The translations under genes and the position numbers were made by a program. DNA of 63,995 nucleotides, counting the filler, from Ionaspis alba (lineage: Eukaryota): the NCBI GenBank assembly GCA_964255285.1. It is 3 parts of 3 records of this genome, joined end to end, with 100 filler letters (N's around TTAATTAATTAA, not from the genome) between each part and the next. Parts side by side here need not be neighbours in the genome. Positions count along the whole stretch, not along the records: positions 1 to 22,486 come from CAXUUL010000206.1; 2 more parts are not named here. One strand, written 5' to 3'. Every line of letters begins with the position of its first letter. Within the stretch, counting starts at the first letter, position 1. A model generated the notes under the pieces. That model made no database searches. It worked only from the letters and a program-made list of their open reading frames with translations, and had not been told where the DNA came from. Positions 1 through 12,355 of this stretch are shown here, one piece after another.

Positions 1-807
1 GTTACAGAACATCTGAGCACCCTTGCGACGCAGCCGTGGTTGACGGTCGCACTCAACGCGTGGTGTGTCTTGCCAAGATAGATCAAGGGTGCCACCAAGT
101 GGCAGAAGGTCGAAGGCGACAAGTGTATCGTGGAGGCGGAGATGTCTATCGAAGTTGCGGCAGGACCCGGCAGTGGAGACCTGATGGGAGGCTCACGTCC
201 GAGGAGGGACTGGGAAGGATACGCGCTAGGTAGCGGTCGGGGCGGATCAGCACGACAGGGAAGCGAGCTCCCATTCGCTGGTGTCTAGCCTGATTTGAGG
301 ATGAGGAGACTCAACACCACGACTCTTCCTTCTTCCACCTTCTTTCTCTCCACTCGTTACCTCACTCTTTCCTTCCATCACTACTGTCGGAGGAACGCGC
401 ATTGTTCTCTCATCATCACATCTTATTGTATTTAATCGTCTCTGGTCGTCAATCATCGGTCCTCAATAAGACCTTAGCCTAGCAGACAATAGGATCTCGT
501 TTCGCACAATAGGGTCTTACGTAACCGGTAAGGCGCTTTTCCGTGACATTTTGCTTTGAGTAGTTTGAAGTCTCGTCGCGCAACCTCTTGTGCAATTTCC
601 GTCTTCAACTCCACACGTTCATCTGTGTCTCTATCCCCTTGGTCGCTATTGCAACACTTCATCTACCTCTCATCTCGACCACGTTTTTGCTCCCACAAGT
701 CGCATCCGTTGTGCAATCTCACACCATCTGGAACGCGTGAGAACTTACACCTGTGACAGCAGCCACATCCCGTCCTGCTACCTCGAAAATTATCCTCCAC
801 CCTAGTC

Positions 808-3013
808 ATGGCAGACGAGAACGTCGACACCACCGTCTCCTCTACTGCACCTGTCAATGACACTGTGGACGACGCTGCCCCTGCAATAGAAGAGACTCAG
901 GAGACGAACGCGACGGGTAAGTCATCGATCACAAATGGCATAAAAGAGCCACGGTCACTTTGGAGCGCGATAACCAGCCGTCACCCAAGCCTCCCGACCA
1001 GTCTCGTTTGTGTGAATTATAGCTAATGCACTATTCATGCAGGCACCGAAACCAACGGAGACCACAAAGCTACTGACGCCACCGAACTCTCTTCAGATCC
1101 TGCGCAAGTTCAAGAAGATACCGAGATGAAGGACACCGAGGAGCCCGGTGAGGGTGTCGCTCCAGAATCGAGCACTGCGGCCGCGCCCACCAACGGGACA
1201 CCAGCTTCGTCTAAGAAGGCTAGCAACGGTTCTGCCAAAAAAAAGTCTTCAGCAGTTCCCGAACATAAATCACGCAAGCTGAACAAGAAGAAATCGAAGC
1301 CTACACTGCGGCTAGACGCGAAACCAGGGGACCTCTATTTAGCGCGTATGAAAGGTCACCCCCCGTGGCCATCAGTCATCTGTGATGAGCCGATGCTACC
1401 TCAGATATTGCTTCAGAGCCGCCCCATCACCACGGCCCAGCCCGACGGAACCTACAGGAAGCCAGAGTATGAGGATGGAGGCAAACGTGCTTATGAGCGG
1501 ACGTTCCCTATCATGTTCCTGTAAGTGGCATACGTATCTTGTTGTTCATGTACACTAACGTCGATAGGGAAACAAACGAATTGTAAGTACTTCTAATGGT
1601 CATGGTGATTTGGAGTTCTATGCTCCATTTGCCCTGGATCTCACGAACCTACGATCTCTTTGAACTACGCGCTAATGCTAGTCTATAGCGCGTGGATAAG
1701 CAATACCGAGCTCACTCCAATAACCCCTGAAGACTGCAAGGATGTCCAAGAGAAGGGCAAATCCAAACTCCTCATCCAAGCCTACAGTATCGCTGCTGAA
1801 GGTCATGACCTGGCATGGTTCAAAGAAATGTTACGTGAACATCAGGCTGCCATGGATGAAGATGCCGCGGCCCGCGCCGAGAAGGAAGCAAAAAAGGCCA
1901 ACAAGTCAAAAAGGAAGAGCATGGATGTGACAGCTACTGCAGCCAAAGACGAGGATGCTGATGAGATGGACGTGGATGAGGAGGACGGCGAGTCGAAGCC
2001 TAAATCGAAAAAGCGCAAGAAGAGCCTGGATAGTGATGGTGCTGAAGAAAAGGTATGGTCCTCTACTCCACCAAAACTTGCAATCGTCTTATTTAACTTA
2101 GCCCGCGAAGACTCCGAAGACCGGCACCAAGCTCAAAGTCAACCCCCCGAAGACTCCAGCCGAATCTGCTTCCAAGAAAAAGGCTGCCAAACCAAAGTCT
2201 TCCGGCAAGAAATCAGCGGCAAAGATCGATGCGAGCGACGATGAGGCGGTCGAGACTCCGAAGATCGAAGAGAAGCCTCTTACGCCTGCTGAGGCATTGG
2301 AGAAGAAAGAGAAAGAGAGTGAGTCAACAATGTACCAGGTTACTTGACTATGCTGACAGCCACAGTCTGGGTATACAGACACAAGCTGCAGAAAGGCTTC
2401 TTGTCCCGAGATACCGTGCCCTCAGACGACGAGGTCAAGGTAAGCAAGCCCCTTGCCACCATTGTTACCCAGCAACCACTAACACATTCTTCAGTCCATG
2501 TCCGGCTACCTCACCAGGCTCGAAGCGTTTCCCGATCTCGAAGGCAGCATCATCCGCGCCACCAAAATCTACAAAGTCCTCAAACGCATCATCCGTCTGG
2601 CCTCCATTCCCAAAGACGACGAATACAATTTCAAGAAACGTTGCCATGCTCTCCTTACTAAATGGAACAAGATCCTCCGCGACGACCCCGAAGGCGGCGC
2701 TGATGAAGGCGATGAGTCGAAGCTGGAGGGTGAAACAAATGGCGTAAGCAAGGATGGCGAGGCCCTGGCTGAGAAAGCCGATGAGGCTGAGGTTGAGAAA
2801 GCGGCTGCTCCGGAAGTGAAGAAGGAAGTTCTAGAGAAGAAGATTGGCACGACTGTTGAGGGGGAGAAGGAGGCTGAGGAGGCGACTACGGGCGAGGAAA
2901 TCAAGAAAGAGGTGAAGCTGACCGGGAAGACCGAGACTGATGAGCCGAACATCGAGACCAAACCCGAGGAGGGTTATCAGCCACCCAGCGCACCGGTCGA
3001 GGCCACTGCATAG
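808..3013 (+). CDS. PWWP-domain chromatin protein (Ioc4/Pdp3-like), about 7 exons
   Basis: Motif LARMKGHPPWPSVICDE followed by FPIMFL-ETNEF-AW, which joins only through a 15-nt microexon (1568-1582) with GT-AG introns. The lysine/acidic-rich middle is followed by a C-terminal helical domain (YRHKLQKGFLSRD...IIRATKIYKVLKRII). Confidence 0.9.
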
Positions 3014-3682
3014 GTCCTTTACTGGGTCTCTTTCACAAAAATCTTGTCTAGCTGAACTGGAGCGGAGTAGGAAAGTGTTGAGCAAGTGTGAGGGAGGTTT
3101 GAAGTGCAAATTTGGGAGGCAGAGGGTGGAGAGGATCTGCAATGTATTCTACAAACACGAGGTACCAGGGCATCTGCACCCGCATTACTATTCCTGGGCC
3201 GGGAGAGCGAGCCATGGGCTACAACCAGGCGTATCGTCGAGACCTGGTCGGCTGTGGGCTAGGCTTGGTCTAGCTAATACATGTGAGAGCTCATCGGCTG
3301 TTGTTGTATCTGGACTTCTTTTTCATGGGGAGGCTAGGGAATATCTTGCTGGGCGGAGGCGGTCTGATTTGGTAGAAATGAATTGAAAAGTTGTTTCAAC
3401 ATGATTTGACGTGGTTGAGTGTGCTTGGGGCAGGGCGTGACTTTGGTGTGTTGATGATATACATAATACAGCGTTCAAGGCAGGTCACAGATCTAGATTC
3501 TTGTTGCTGTAAGCTGTAAACGCTTCTTGTCAATCTACGGCTAAACACTTGTGAGATCACTCATAGCAAATGCTCCGGAACGGGAGTGCCAGTATTGACA
3601 GTAGACCAGCCATGCAATTGTATCCAGCTTGGAGCAGTGATCTGGCCTCAACCATTTATAGCCCCTAAGTATTACATATCTA

Positions 3683-5489
3683 CTACTCCTTAATTCCAGT
3701 CCCAGCCTTCCGCAGAGCCTTTACCTTCTCCCTAAGCAGTCTTTCTCTTAGTTCTGTTGACGTCAGGGTAGGAGAACGTGCCTAGCAAGAGAGCAATCTA
3801 TCAGCCAGTGTCTCTTACAAATACAACACCGAGCCAAAAGTTGGGACAGAAGAGAAATCCAACCAGTATATCAGCCACTGCTCAAGAATCGCTACCCACC
3901 TCTTCGTTGCCTGTCCCTGGCTCAGCTCTCACTCCGTTGTGTTCCGGAGGTCCATCTTTCGTCTTAGCTGCCGGCCTGCTACTCTCCTCCTCATCGGACG
4001 AGTCAGCTGTTTTACGGCGCTTTCCAATTGGTGAGGACACAGAAGAGGTATTCCGTCTTCGCCTGCCAGCTGGTGCGTACCGCTGTATGGAGCGATGCCT
4101 CTTTCGTTCCCGCAGCCGCTCTCGAGAGCGGCTCCTGCTTCTGCTGAGCTCAGCCCGCGGGCGTCTCGCGATAAGATCACGGCTGCGACTGCGGCTGCGA
4201 CTTAGGCTCCGGCTGCGACGGCGTCCGTCATGATAATTTCGTCCTTTGCGATAATCAGCGCGTTTGTCAACTCGATCATCGTCAGTATGGTAAGAAGGTG
4301 ATCTCCTTGCTCTACCCGCAGGTCTGCGATCTCTAGCTAGGGAACGAGAACGAGAGCGCGAGATGGAAGAGGAAGAAGGGTGGCGGCCACGACGGCGACC
4401 ATAGCTTGATCTGCGGGGTGGTGAGGGACTGCGCGATATGGAGGGACTGGGTCGCCTCTGCGGTCTTCTTCTAGGTGAACGTGAGCGAGAGCTCGAGGAC
4501 GGTGTCAAGGATCTGGCGCGATCATCACCACGATCTGGAGTCCTGCGCCTTCTTCCATCTGCTCTTCTGCGGGGAGGAGGCGGAGATCTGCTCGGTGAGT
4601 AGCGGCGTCTTCTCGGTGGAGTTATGGAGCGAGATCGGGACGGCGACGGTGAGTGCCTTGGAGATGGCGAGCGGCGTCTTCTGTCATCCGAGTGTCGACC
4701 TCCTCGACCTCTTGGGATGTAGGTGTCGATGTCTCGTCGTGGAGGTGGACCACGATAATCTGGAGAGTCACGGCGCCTGGGTGGAGGAGATCTCGAGTAT
4801 CTTGGTGGACGACGATCAAAATCTGGACCAACTCTCCCACCTCTGCCTCGTCCCCGACCTCGGTCACCTCGTTCCCTCTGTCGTATATTATCAATGTTGC
4901 GGTCTCGTAATCTTTCCTGCTCCTTACGACGTTGAGCTTCTTCGGCAGCTTTCTCTGCCTCAATCTAGCAAGCCAATCAGTCCAAAGCTCAAACCAAACT
5001 TATAGCCATCGCCGTACCTTCTCCTGTATCAATTCCAGCTTTTTGGCTTCAAGAAGCTCCTTCGGCACGCCTTGCGCATTGCTTTGCGCGCTGAGACATA
5101 GATTCCATAGCTCTTTGCAGAATTTTGGAGTGTCCTTGTCAAGGAAACCGGTGAGTTGGATTTGTAGAACTTTGATATCGGGCTACAAAGGTTTGTTAAC
5201 TCGGGGGTCCAAAGGTCACGAACAGAACACCTCTTACAAAGCGTGCGCCCTCGAGGAGGTTGAAGCAGAGTTCGATAACGACGTCGTCTTCATTGCCCAG
5301 GACCTCAGATATCTTACCTGCAATCCATCTAGCATGGGTGTCAGTCAATTCCAGAGAAGGTGCGGTATCCCCGGTTATGGCATACTTTTTCATTACCTCG
5401 ACATTGACCTTCTTCATGTCGACTTTCTGGGAGAACTCAGGTGGGAACTTGGTCTGCTTCAGCAGCTTCGCATCTACTGAGGTCGCCAT
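3683..5489 (-). CDS. PWI-domain serine/arginine repetitive matrix protein (SRm160/SRRM1-like splicing factor), spliced
   Basis: N-terminal PWI domain MATSVDAKLLKQTKFPPEFSQKVDMKKV...WIAGKISEVLGNEDDVVIELCFNLLE, then long RS/SR dipeptide tracts. The last exon ends LREKVKALRKAGTGIKE*. Confidence 0.88.
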
Positions 5490-5770
5490 GCCGAATTGCT
5501 TTACTTGTTTGCTGAAAGATACTGCCGCGCACGAATTTGGTGTAGAGCTGGGCAGCACGGCGGGCAACTTCTCTGAGCGGAAGCGAGCCGAGAATCGCGC
5601 TTGCCCTGACTGTTAAGAAGTTGGGTATGCACATGTCATTTAGCTCAAGTTTTTTTTTATGCACTACTATGGAATCTTCGACTTCAGATCCTCATACATT
5701 CATTCTGCATCCAAATTCACATAAATCCATCACACTCGTTTGAAAATCAATTATCGCCTTATGAGTTAAA

Positions 5771-7446
5771 ATGTCTACCACTACCGCCAGCACTCCTTCT
5801 GGTAGGAGACCCCAGCTGGAGTCTAAGAACAAGTCATACGGATGGGGCTGGCCTCGTTTAGTTGACAGATCTGCAGCTCAATCCACCGCCAGCTCTAAGG
5901 CAGACTCAAGGTCAAGGTCAGATAGTGATCCTTCGCCACGGATTACCGTGGAGGTATCCACCAAGCGACGCCCAATGCCGGAAAGGGTCAATGAGGATCA
6001 AGAGGCAAACGAAGCTGGATCTGGGACGAAGGAGATGACGACGAGTAAATTCGATGCTCTCAAGCAGGCGCCAAGCAATGTGAGCAAGTCAGAATCTCCA
6101 AAAGGACGTTGCGAGCTGACGCTACCAAGGAATTGGTACCCGACGAATCTGTCAAGCAGACCGGTCCTTCCATGAAAACAAACACGGCTGGTGGTGACTC
6201 GACAGATGTCGTCGAGACTAAGCAGTCCACCAAGGGGGAAGAAGTCGCCAGATGGGTGGATACCACCAATCCAGATTCGGCCAGTGATACTGCTACGATC
6301 CGTCAGCCTGACGCAGCCAAAGAGACCTCTTTTCGAGGAAAGCGAGACGTGAGCAGCGAAGCCGAGACGGCTCAAGGGTATGACACCGCGGATGAAATGG
6401 TTACCACTGCTACGTCTGTCGAGGCAACAGAGGACAGGAGCACTCACACAGACAATGAAGCAGACGATGAAGCGGGAGAAGACTCGGATGCCTCGGCCTC
6501 GGACGCAGAAATCCTCCAAGCATCTCCCCATGAGCTTCGAAAACCTCCTAAACTTATCATTCGAATCCCGACAACAAAAGGGTCATCCTCTCCAACACCT
6601 TATCCCGGAACAAAAGGGCCTGAGCCTGCAGGAGCAACATCAGAGGAAAAAGACCCATCAGCATCCAGTAAGACCCCAGCAACTGCCAAAGCTCTATCCC
6701 CAGTGATCGAGCTCATGCCAGTCAAAACCTCTGCTGTTTCAAAGGAAACACCTACCATCGAGCTCCTATCGACCATACCTCCAGGACAAGAGCCCGAATC
6801 CGACAACGATGCACCAACCCCCAAAGCCACAAAAGGCGACCTCTCCGAAAGCTGTGGTGAATCTCCTCATACTAAGTCTCAAACCCAGACCAAACTCCCA
6901 CCTCCACGTATCTTCTTGACCCGAGCCACTGAAGACACAAGCAACGAGCCCTTCCCTACACCTGCCGCACCGTCATCTGCAGACTACATGAGCGCGTCAC
7001 CCCTACCTTCCGAAATCCAGACCGTCCTCAACAGCGAACCGGCACCAGTTTTACCAGCACGACCGACACACGCGTCTACTGCACTCATCAATGAGGAGTT
7101 TGGCCACCTCGACGTCCCTGTGCAGGCAAAGCGTCGAGTCCGCAGACGGAAGAGAGTTATCAGACGGACGAGGAAGGTAGTGCTTCGGACGCCGGTGCTC
7201 AAGGTACTATTGGGACGGCAGCTGGCAGCGACGACAAGACCGATTCTAGTAGTCATTGCTGAGGCCGAGACAGAGGCTATGCTAGGAGTTGTCGAAGCTG
7301 GGGATGGGGAGGTCGTAACGGAGCTTGCAATGGAGGTGGTACCGGCCGAAAAGGTGAAGGAGAAAAAGGTGAAGTTCGAGAAGATGGATGGTAAAAGGCG
7401 ATCAGTGTCGGTCGTGCCGAAGACTGTTGCGGGTGTTCCGGCTTGA
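5771..7446 (+). CDS. Hypothetical Ser/Thr/Pro/Glu-rich protein with basic C-terminal segment, 2 exons
   Basis: ORFs 5771-6175 and 6109-7446 join in frame through a 50-nt phase-0 intron 6080-6129 (GTGAGC...GCTGAC...AAG). The protein is low complexity with a KRRVRRRKRVIRRTRK cluster. Confidence 0.7.
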
Positions 7447-7725
7447 GACTCCTGGGTGAAGGGGCAGTGGTAGCATAGCGATTGTCGTTCTGCGCTGGTA
7501 GCTGGGTATCCTTAGGACCATTAACTCATTCTTTCAAGCCCTTGTTTCCTCATCACCATCGTGGCTAGACCTAATTTCTGTGTAGGAGTAAATCTCTGTG
7601 GTGGCAGCCAGATATCTTCTCCACTATCAATCGACTTGTACACACATTGGTCTCTTTCCTTTCTGCGTGACTGAGTACAATATCGTACGAGGCCCATGCT
7701 ATCCAAACACCATGTCACTGTCAGA

Positions 7726-8176
7726 TCACCGTCCCCTAGAATTCTTCCCATCTTCTCCTCTCATTTTCTCAACCACCATATCTACCTCTGCCCTTGCCTT
7801 CGTCAATCCCATATCCTCGCCCCTGATATACTTCTCCTTGATACCGTAGTGCAGCTCCACTAGATCTAATGCACGCTGGAGATCAGGATCATCATCTGCG
7901 TCGGCTAGACTGGTCGTGCGTCTAAATGATGGTGGTCTTGTTTCCGATATATCTGCTGAAGTGGATTGTTTTTGCGAGGAACTGGGGGCTGTAGAGGTTC
8001 GGCGCGTGGAGTCAGAGTCAGTGGTGGGATTGTCGAGGGTCTCGTGAACGGTGACGAGGGCAAGGGCAGCGGAATGGTCCTCGGATAGGTCAGTTTGGGC
8101 GGAAAGGTGGAAGAAGGAGGGAACATACGCAGACGCGGAGGGAGGTCAGATCTGAGAGGATGGAGGCGATTTGCAT
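7726..8176 (-). CDS. Small fungal hypothetical protein, 2 exons
   Basis: MQIASILSDLTSLRVC, intron 8080-8128, then DHSAALALV...DPDLQRALDLVELHYGIKEKY...* in an open frame. It resembles a conserved ascomycete hypothetical family (from recall, not searched). Confidence 0.7.
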
Positions 8177-8472
8177 GGTGGGCTATTGTGAAGCTGGAGT
8201 GTTGAAGATGCGAATGGTAAAAGTACAGAATAATGAGTACGGATTGGGAGGATTTGAAGCCAAGGATTAAATGCTCCGTCCACACTACAACGACAAGGCC
8301 TATTGCATAGTAATTCCACATAAGTACAGCACTTTACTTGAAAGTCCCCAGATTTCTGAAACAGAGTGCTATGCATGGTTCGCAATTCAACCACTTCAAT
8401 GCTCAAAAGCTGGCTCCATTCGTCTCTCAAATTGCTCTGGTCCGCTACTTTGTACGTTGCTACTCGACACAT

Positions 8473-9615
8473 TTAGATCTCCTCTTCACTCTCCTCTCCT
8501 TTCTTCAAAGCCGCTTCCAATCTCATCTCCATCTCCTTCTCTAACGCCTCAATCTCACTCTTCAATTGCACCTCCCGTCCAGTAGTCCCCTCCTCCGTTC
8601 CCCCATCCAGCTTCGTCCTCTCGAACGCCTCCAACTCCCCTTTCAACTCCCTCTTCCTCCTTCCCATATCCACATACTCCACATACCCACCCTCTCCAAA
8701 ACAAACTCCAAACCCATCACAATAACACGCCTCCTCATCCGGACACCTCACTTCCTCCCCCGTGAAAACAAACTGCCAAACAAACTCCCACAGCCTCCCC
8801 GAGAAATAATCCGTCAACGGCGTCCTCAGCAACCAATCACGATAAAACACCCACCTCTCCCTCGGAACCTGCAGCACCCTCTCCCTACTAACCGCAAACT
8901 GGCCACAACACGGCTGCGCCAACACCCTTGGCATATCATCAAGCGGGAACAGTTCGTGCCAGCATTTGGCCAGCAGGCCTTGCTCTTGCTTTCCGAGGGA
9001 CTCGCCTTCTTCGAAGGGGTGCAGCCATTCGGGACAGCCGGGATCCCAAGCGCAGCGAAGGTTCATGTAGCCTTCTCTGACGACTCTGTCTGCGTTCAGG
9101 CGAGAGATAGTCTGCACGGCGTCGTTGCCGAGGAGCTCGTTGTTGTGCCAGGTGTGGCGGTGGGCGTGCATGAAGATGAGGATGGAAGGGAGGGAGTGGT
9201 AGTGCGTTATGATGTAGGTGAGGTAGGCCATTACTTCGTGGCCTTTGTTTTTGGGGGTCGTGAAGGAAGGGTCCGTGGGAGCGTCGACGGTGTAGATGGC
9301 GAGGGGGTGAGAGGGGAGGTGGGTTTGGAGCCAGGAGGTGTCGTCGGAGGAGGTGTGTGGAATGATGAGGATGCGGGTGTGGTTGGAGTTGGAGAGTTGG
9401 GAGTCGCTTGGTGGACTGGATTGAAAGGATGAGCGGACAGGACCGAGAATGCTGTTGACTTTTGGAAGTTGAGACGGATCTGTTCGATGACTCGGTGGGA
9501 GAACGTGTGTCAAGATTCTAGCGGTACTAGATTCGTGGAATATGTAGAAGAGCAAGAGGCAGAGGATGAGTGCGGACGCCGCCGCGAGTGCTTTTGGTCG
9601 CTGTAGGACAGCCAT
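8473..9615 (-). CDS. DUF3431-domain type II membrane/secreted protein
   Basis: Single ORF with an N-terminal signal anchor. Motifs PKNKGHEVMAYLTYII, FMHAHRHTWHN, GYMNLRC.W.PGCP, QPCCGQFAVSRERV and SGRLWEFVWQ are typical of DUF3431. Confidence 0.88.
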   Translation of the reverse strand: MAVLQRPKALAAASALILCLLLFYIFHESSTARILTHVLPPSHRTDPSQLPKVNSILGPVRSSFQSSPPSDSQLSNSNHTRILIIPHTSSDDTSWLQTHLPSHPLAIYTVDAPTDPSFTTPKNKGHEVMAYLTYIITHYHSLPSILIFMHAHRHTWHNNELLGNDAVQTISRLNADRVVREGYMNLRCAWDPGCPEWLHPFEEGESLGKQEQGLLAKCWHELFPLDDMPRVLAQPCCGQFAVSRERVLQVPRERWVFYRDWLLRTPLTDYFSGRLWEFVWQFVFTGEEVRCPDEEACYCDGFGVCFGEGGYVEYVDMGRRKRELKGELEAFERTKLDGGTEEGTTGREVQLKSEIEALEKEMEMRLEAALKKGEESEEEI

Positions 9616-10114
9616 CTCTATTGGTACCCGTGGAGAAATCAAGTCTAACTAGTATGGATTCAGCGGCTTGTTCGATAATTGGAACAACGCCCGACTGTTG
9701 TTGTTGAGCGGTGGTTGTGATGCGCGAAGAACCAGGTCGGACCGGAAACCCTAAGCTCAAACATTATCAGCGATACAGGATTTGTAGAAAGTATATCTCG
9801 ATGAGTGAGGTAGACGATATGCAGAAAACATCCGCGTTTTACTGAATCTATGAAATGCCTTCATACCTCGAAATCCGCCCCTAGCTAACAGTAATAAAAC
9901 ACTTCTATCTGAAAGGCTAGGTATTAGGAATCGAGATCGCTAGTAATATCAACGCCATGACAATAACATTGACGCCAAGAAAAATACCTGCCTATCCTTA
10001 CAGGTAGCCGGCAGAAATTCCACTTTTACAGTACCAAATCGTCAACGTAGTGAAAACACATCCACAACGCTAGGGTATCATCCTTCAACGAACGCCCCAA
10101 CAATTCATCCCCCC

Positions 10115-12355
10115 TTAGTGCGTCCGCAATGAATACGGCGACGACGACCTCACGGAGCTCCCATTCGGAAAATACTCCCCACTCGTCCTCCCCCTCTCAT
10201 CCCTCTCCCCACTCCTCCTCTCTCCCATCCCCACCACCATCGCAACCGGCGGCGCCTGTTTCCAGCGTCGATTAACCTCCTTCTCATCATCCACCAAGAC
10301 AATCATCCAAACGCCAATATGGCCATTACTTCCCAACAAAGGCGTACAATGGATCCAGCGATTGCGACCATCCTCGTCCGAGCGGGAGACTTTCCAGAAA
10401 ATGCGGGCCGTGACGCCCCGACCTTCGGCGAGGGCAGTGGTGAGTTCGTCCCTGACGCGAGTGGAACCCCCGATTTTGTTCATGAAGGGGGATTGCAGGA
10501 TTCCGGGGACGCGCAGGGAGGGGGAGGCGAAGAGGATGCGGAGGGACGGGTACGGGCGGACGAGGAGGTACTGGGACTTATCAGTACGAGAGAGCGTGGA
10601 AAGAGCAATAGGTTAGGGAACTCGTGGCCGGACTTACGTGCTGATAGACGCCGCTAAGTTTGCCTGAGGCACGAGCGTTGGGATTGTAGTTTTTGTTGAG
10701 GTCAGGACTGGCTTCTTTCAGGTGAAGTCGACGCTTGGAGGTGATGCCGTTGATGTTTTCGTCGTAGTCTTCGATTTGTTCTCTGTGCATTCGGCCGCCG
10801 TGGTTGCGGACGGTGTCGAGTTCGCTCATGTTGAGCATCTCGCTCAGTTCTTGGAATTCGTCTTTCTTGGTTGAGGGGACTCCCACGTCAACCATTCCGT
10901 CAGAGCTTCTTCTATGAGGGTCGAATGCTTCAATGTTCCCATTCATCTCGTCGTTGTTGCGCCTCTGCTCGATCACCAGACGCTGTAAGGATTCTAGGTC
11001 TGTGCAGTCTTTTACTAGCCCACTAACATCGACTTGAGCACCGATGAAGTACCGTATTTTGCCTCGACTATCGCACAAGGGCGCGATCATGAGCATGTTC
11101 ATGAATGGAGAACCATCACGTCGACTGCGAGCCAGTCAGTGCCACACAAGCTAGAGGAGCTTGGAGAAGCACTCACTAATTGAGAAAGACTTCGCAGTGC
11201 TCCTTCCCAGCCTCTACAGCCTCCTTGATCCTTCGTACACTATGTTGATTTGTCTTGGGACCCTGCAAAAAGCGACAATTACGTCCTATAGCATAGCTCA
11301 TTCCATACTGTGTAGTCCTGTGGAACTCTACATCAAATGACATCAGCAGGCGCACTCTACCAGGGCAAGAATGTCATACCTTCCGACGAGAACACAATTG
11401 GATTATCCGGTCGAGAAGGATCTGTCAGACAAAAGACCTCCGCCAGACCCTCTGACGCTTCTCGCAAATGTGGAGCCAAAGTTCCAGTAATCCTCTTCGT
11501 AATGCTCAAGCTTACTATTTGTATGTATATGTGCGCAATGTAGGCAGGTAGATCTTCATTCACCATAACATCGAACGCCTGAGCGGCTCTCTCTTCAAGG
11601 GCGGAACTTTTGTTTTGCTGTGGCGGTTGATCCGTAAAATTGTGGCCATCTATTGGTTGCAATGCTTCCACAATGGCGTTTGCATAGGCCATGGCTTTTA
11701 TTGCTTTTAGAGCGTCGAGGTAGTAGATCAGCATTGGTACTGATTCGGGTCTCTCGCTGCTTAGGAACGCCGTGAATCGGAGCAGTAGAGAGGGGTCTGA
11801 GAAGATGATCTGAAGATGCTCGCGGGAGAGAAGTTGTCGTGAGCGTTCTTCCAGAGAGTATGCTTTCCTTCCTGGTCTAGGAGGAAGGACTAGATCAAAA
11901 GATTGGGGGTCGTCTCCCTCCACCGGTTCCAGCTCATCTGTGCCATCTGTAGGTCCTTTGGTTTGCAGCCCCGAGAGTATCATCGAGGTTGCCCTTGTAT
12001 CGTGGGTTTCGTGAGAAGAAGTGATAGACATTGGAGTGGTAGAGACGGAGTCGCTGAGTTTGCGTCGTCGTGGAGAATGTTGTCGACCGTTTCTGCTACT
12101 GTTCTCACTATCAGTGAATTGTCGTGTGAATCCACGGACCCCTGCTTTTGCTTACTTGTTCCGCGTGGGTAGTTGCATGGACCGCTGATGAGGCTCTGTG
12201 GAAGTTGCTCGTCTGAAGGGGAAATCCTGCTGGGGAGGACTTTGAGGTAAATCCATGGCAGAGGAGTATAGATTTGGCTCGGCTTTGTGGCGTAGGTTCT
12301 GCGCAGAAGAATACTGTTTGGGATACTGGTGACGGTAGTTATAAGCATGTGACAT
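10115..12355 (-). CDS. RGS-LOV blue-light photoreceptor (RGS-like domain + LOV + C-terminal PAS-like domain), spliced
   Basis: AEVFCLTDPSRPDNPIVFSSE, the photoactive motif GRNCRFLQG (about 11260-11286), and NYRRDGSPFMNMLMIAPLCDSRGKIRYFIGAQVDVS. An upstream helical RGS-like region reads SREHLQIIFSDPSLLLRFTAFL. The start at 12355 is inferred through an intron near 12100-12155. Confidence 0.88.

Noticed and set aside
3778..4233. ORF with RLRLRL repeats
   Set aside because: Reverse-strand reading of the RS repeats of the SRRM1-like gene.
6109..6175. Apparent frameshift between overlapping ORFs 5771-6175 and 6109-7446
   Set aside because: Explained by the 50-nt intron 6080-6129; no recoding is needed.
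8566..9432. 288-aa plus-strand ORF
   Set aside because: Antisense shadow of the DUF3431 gene; no recognisable motifs.
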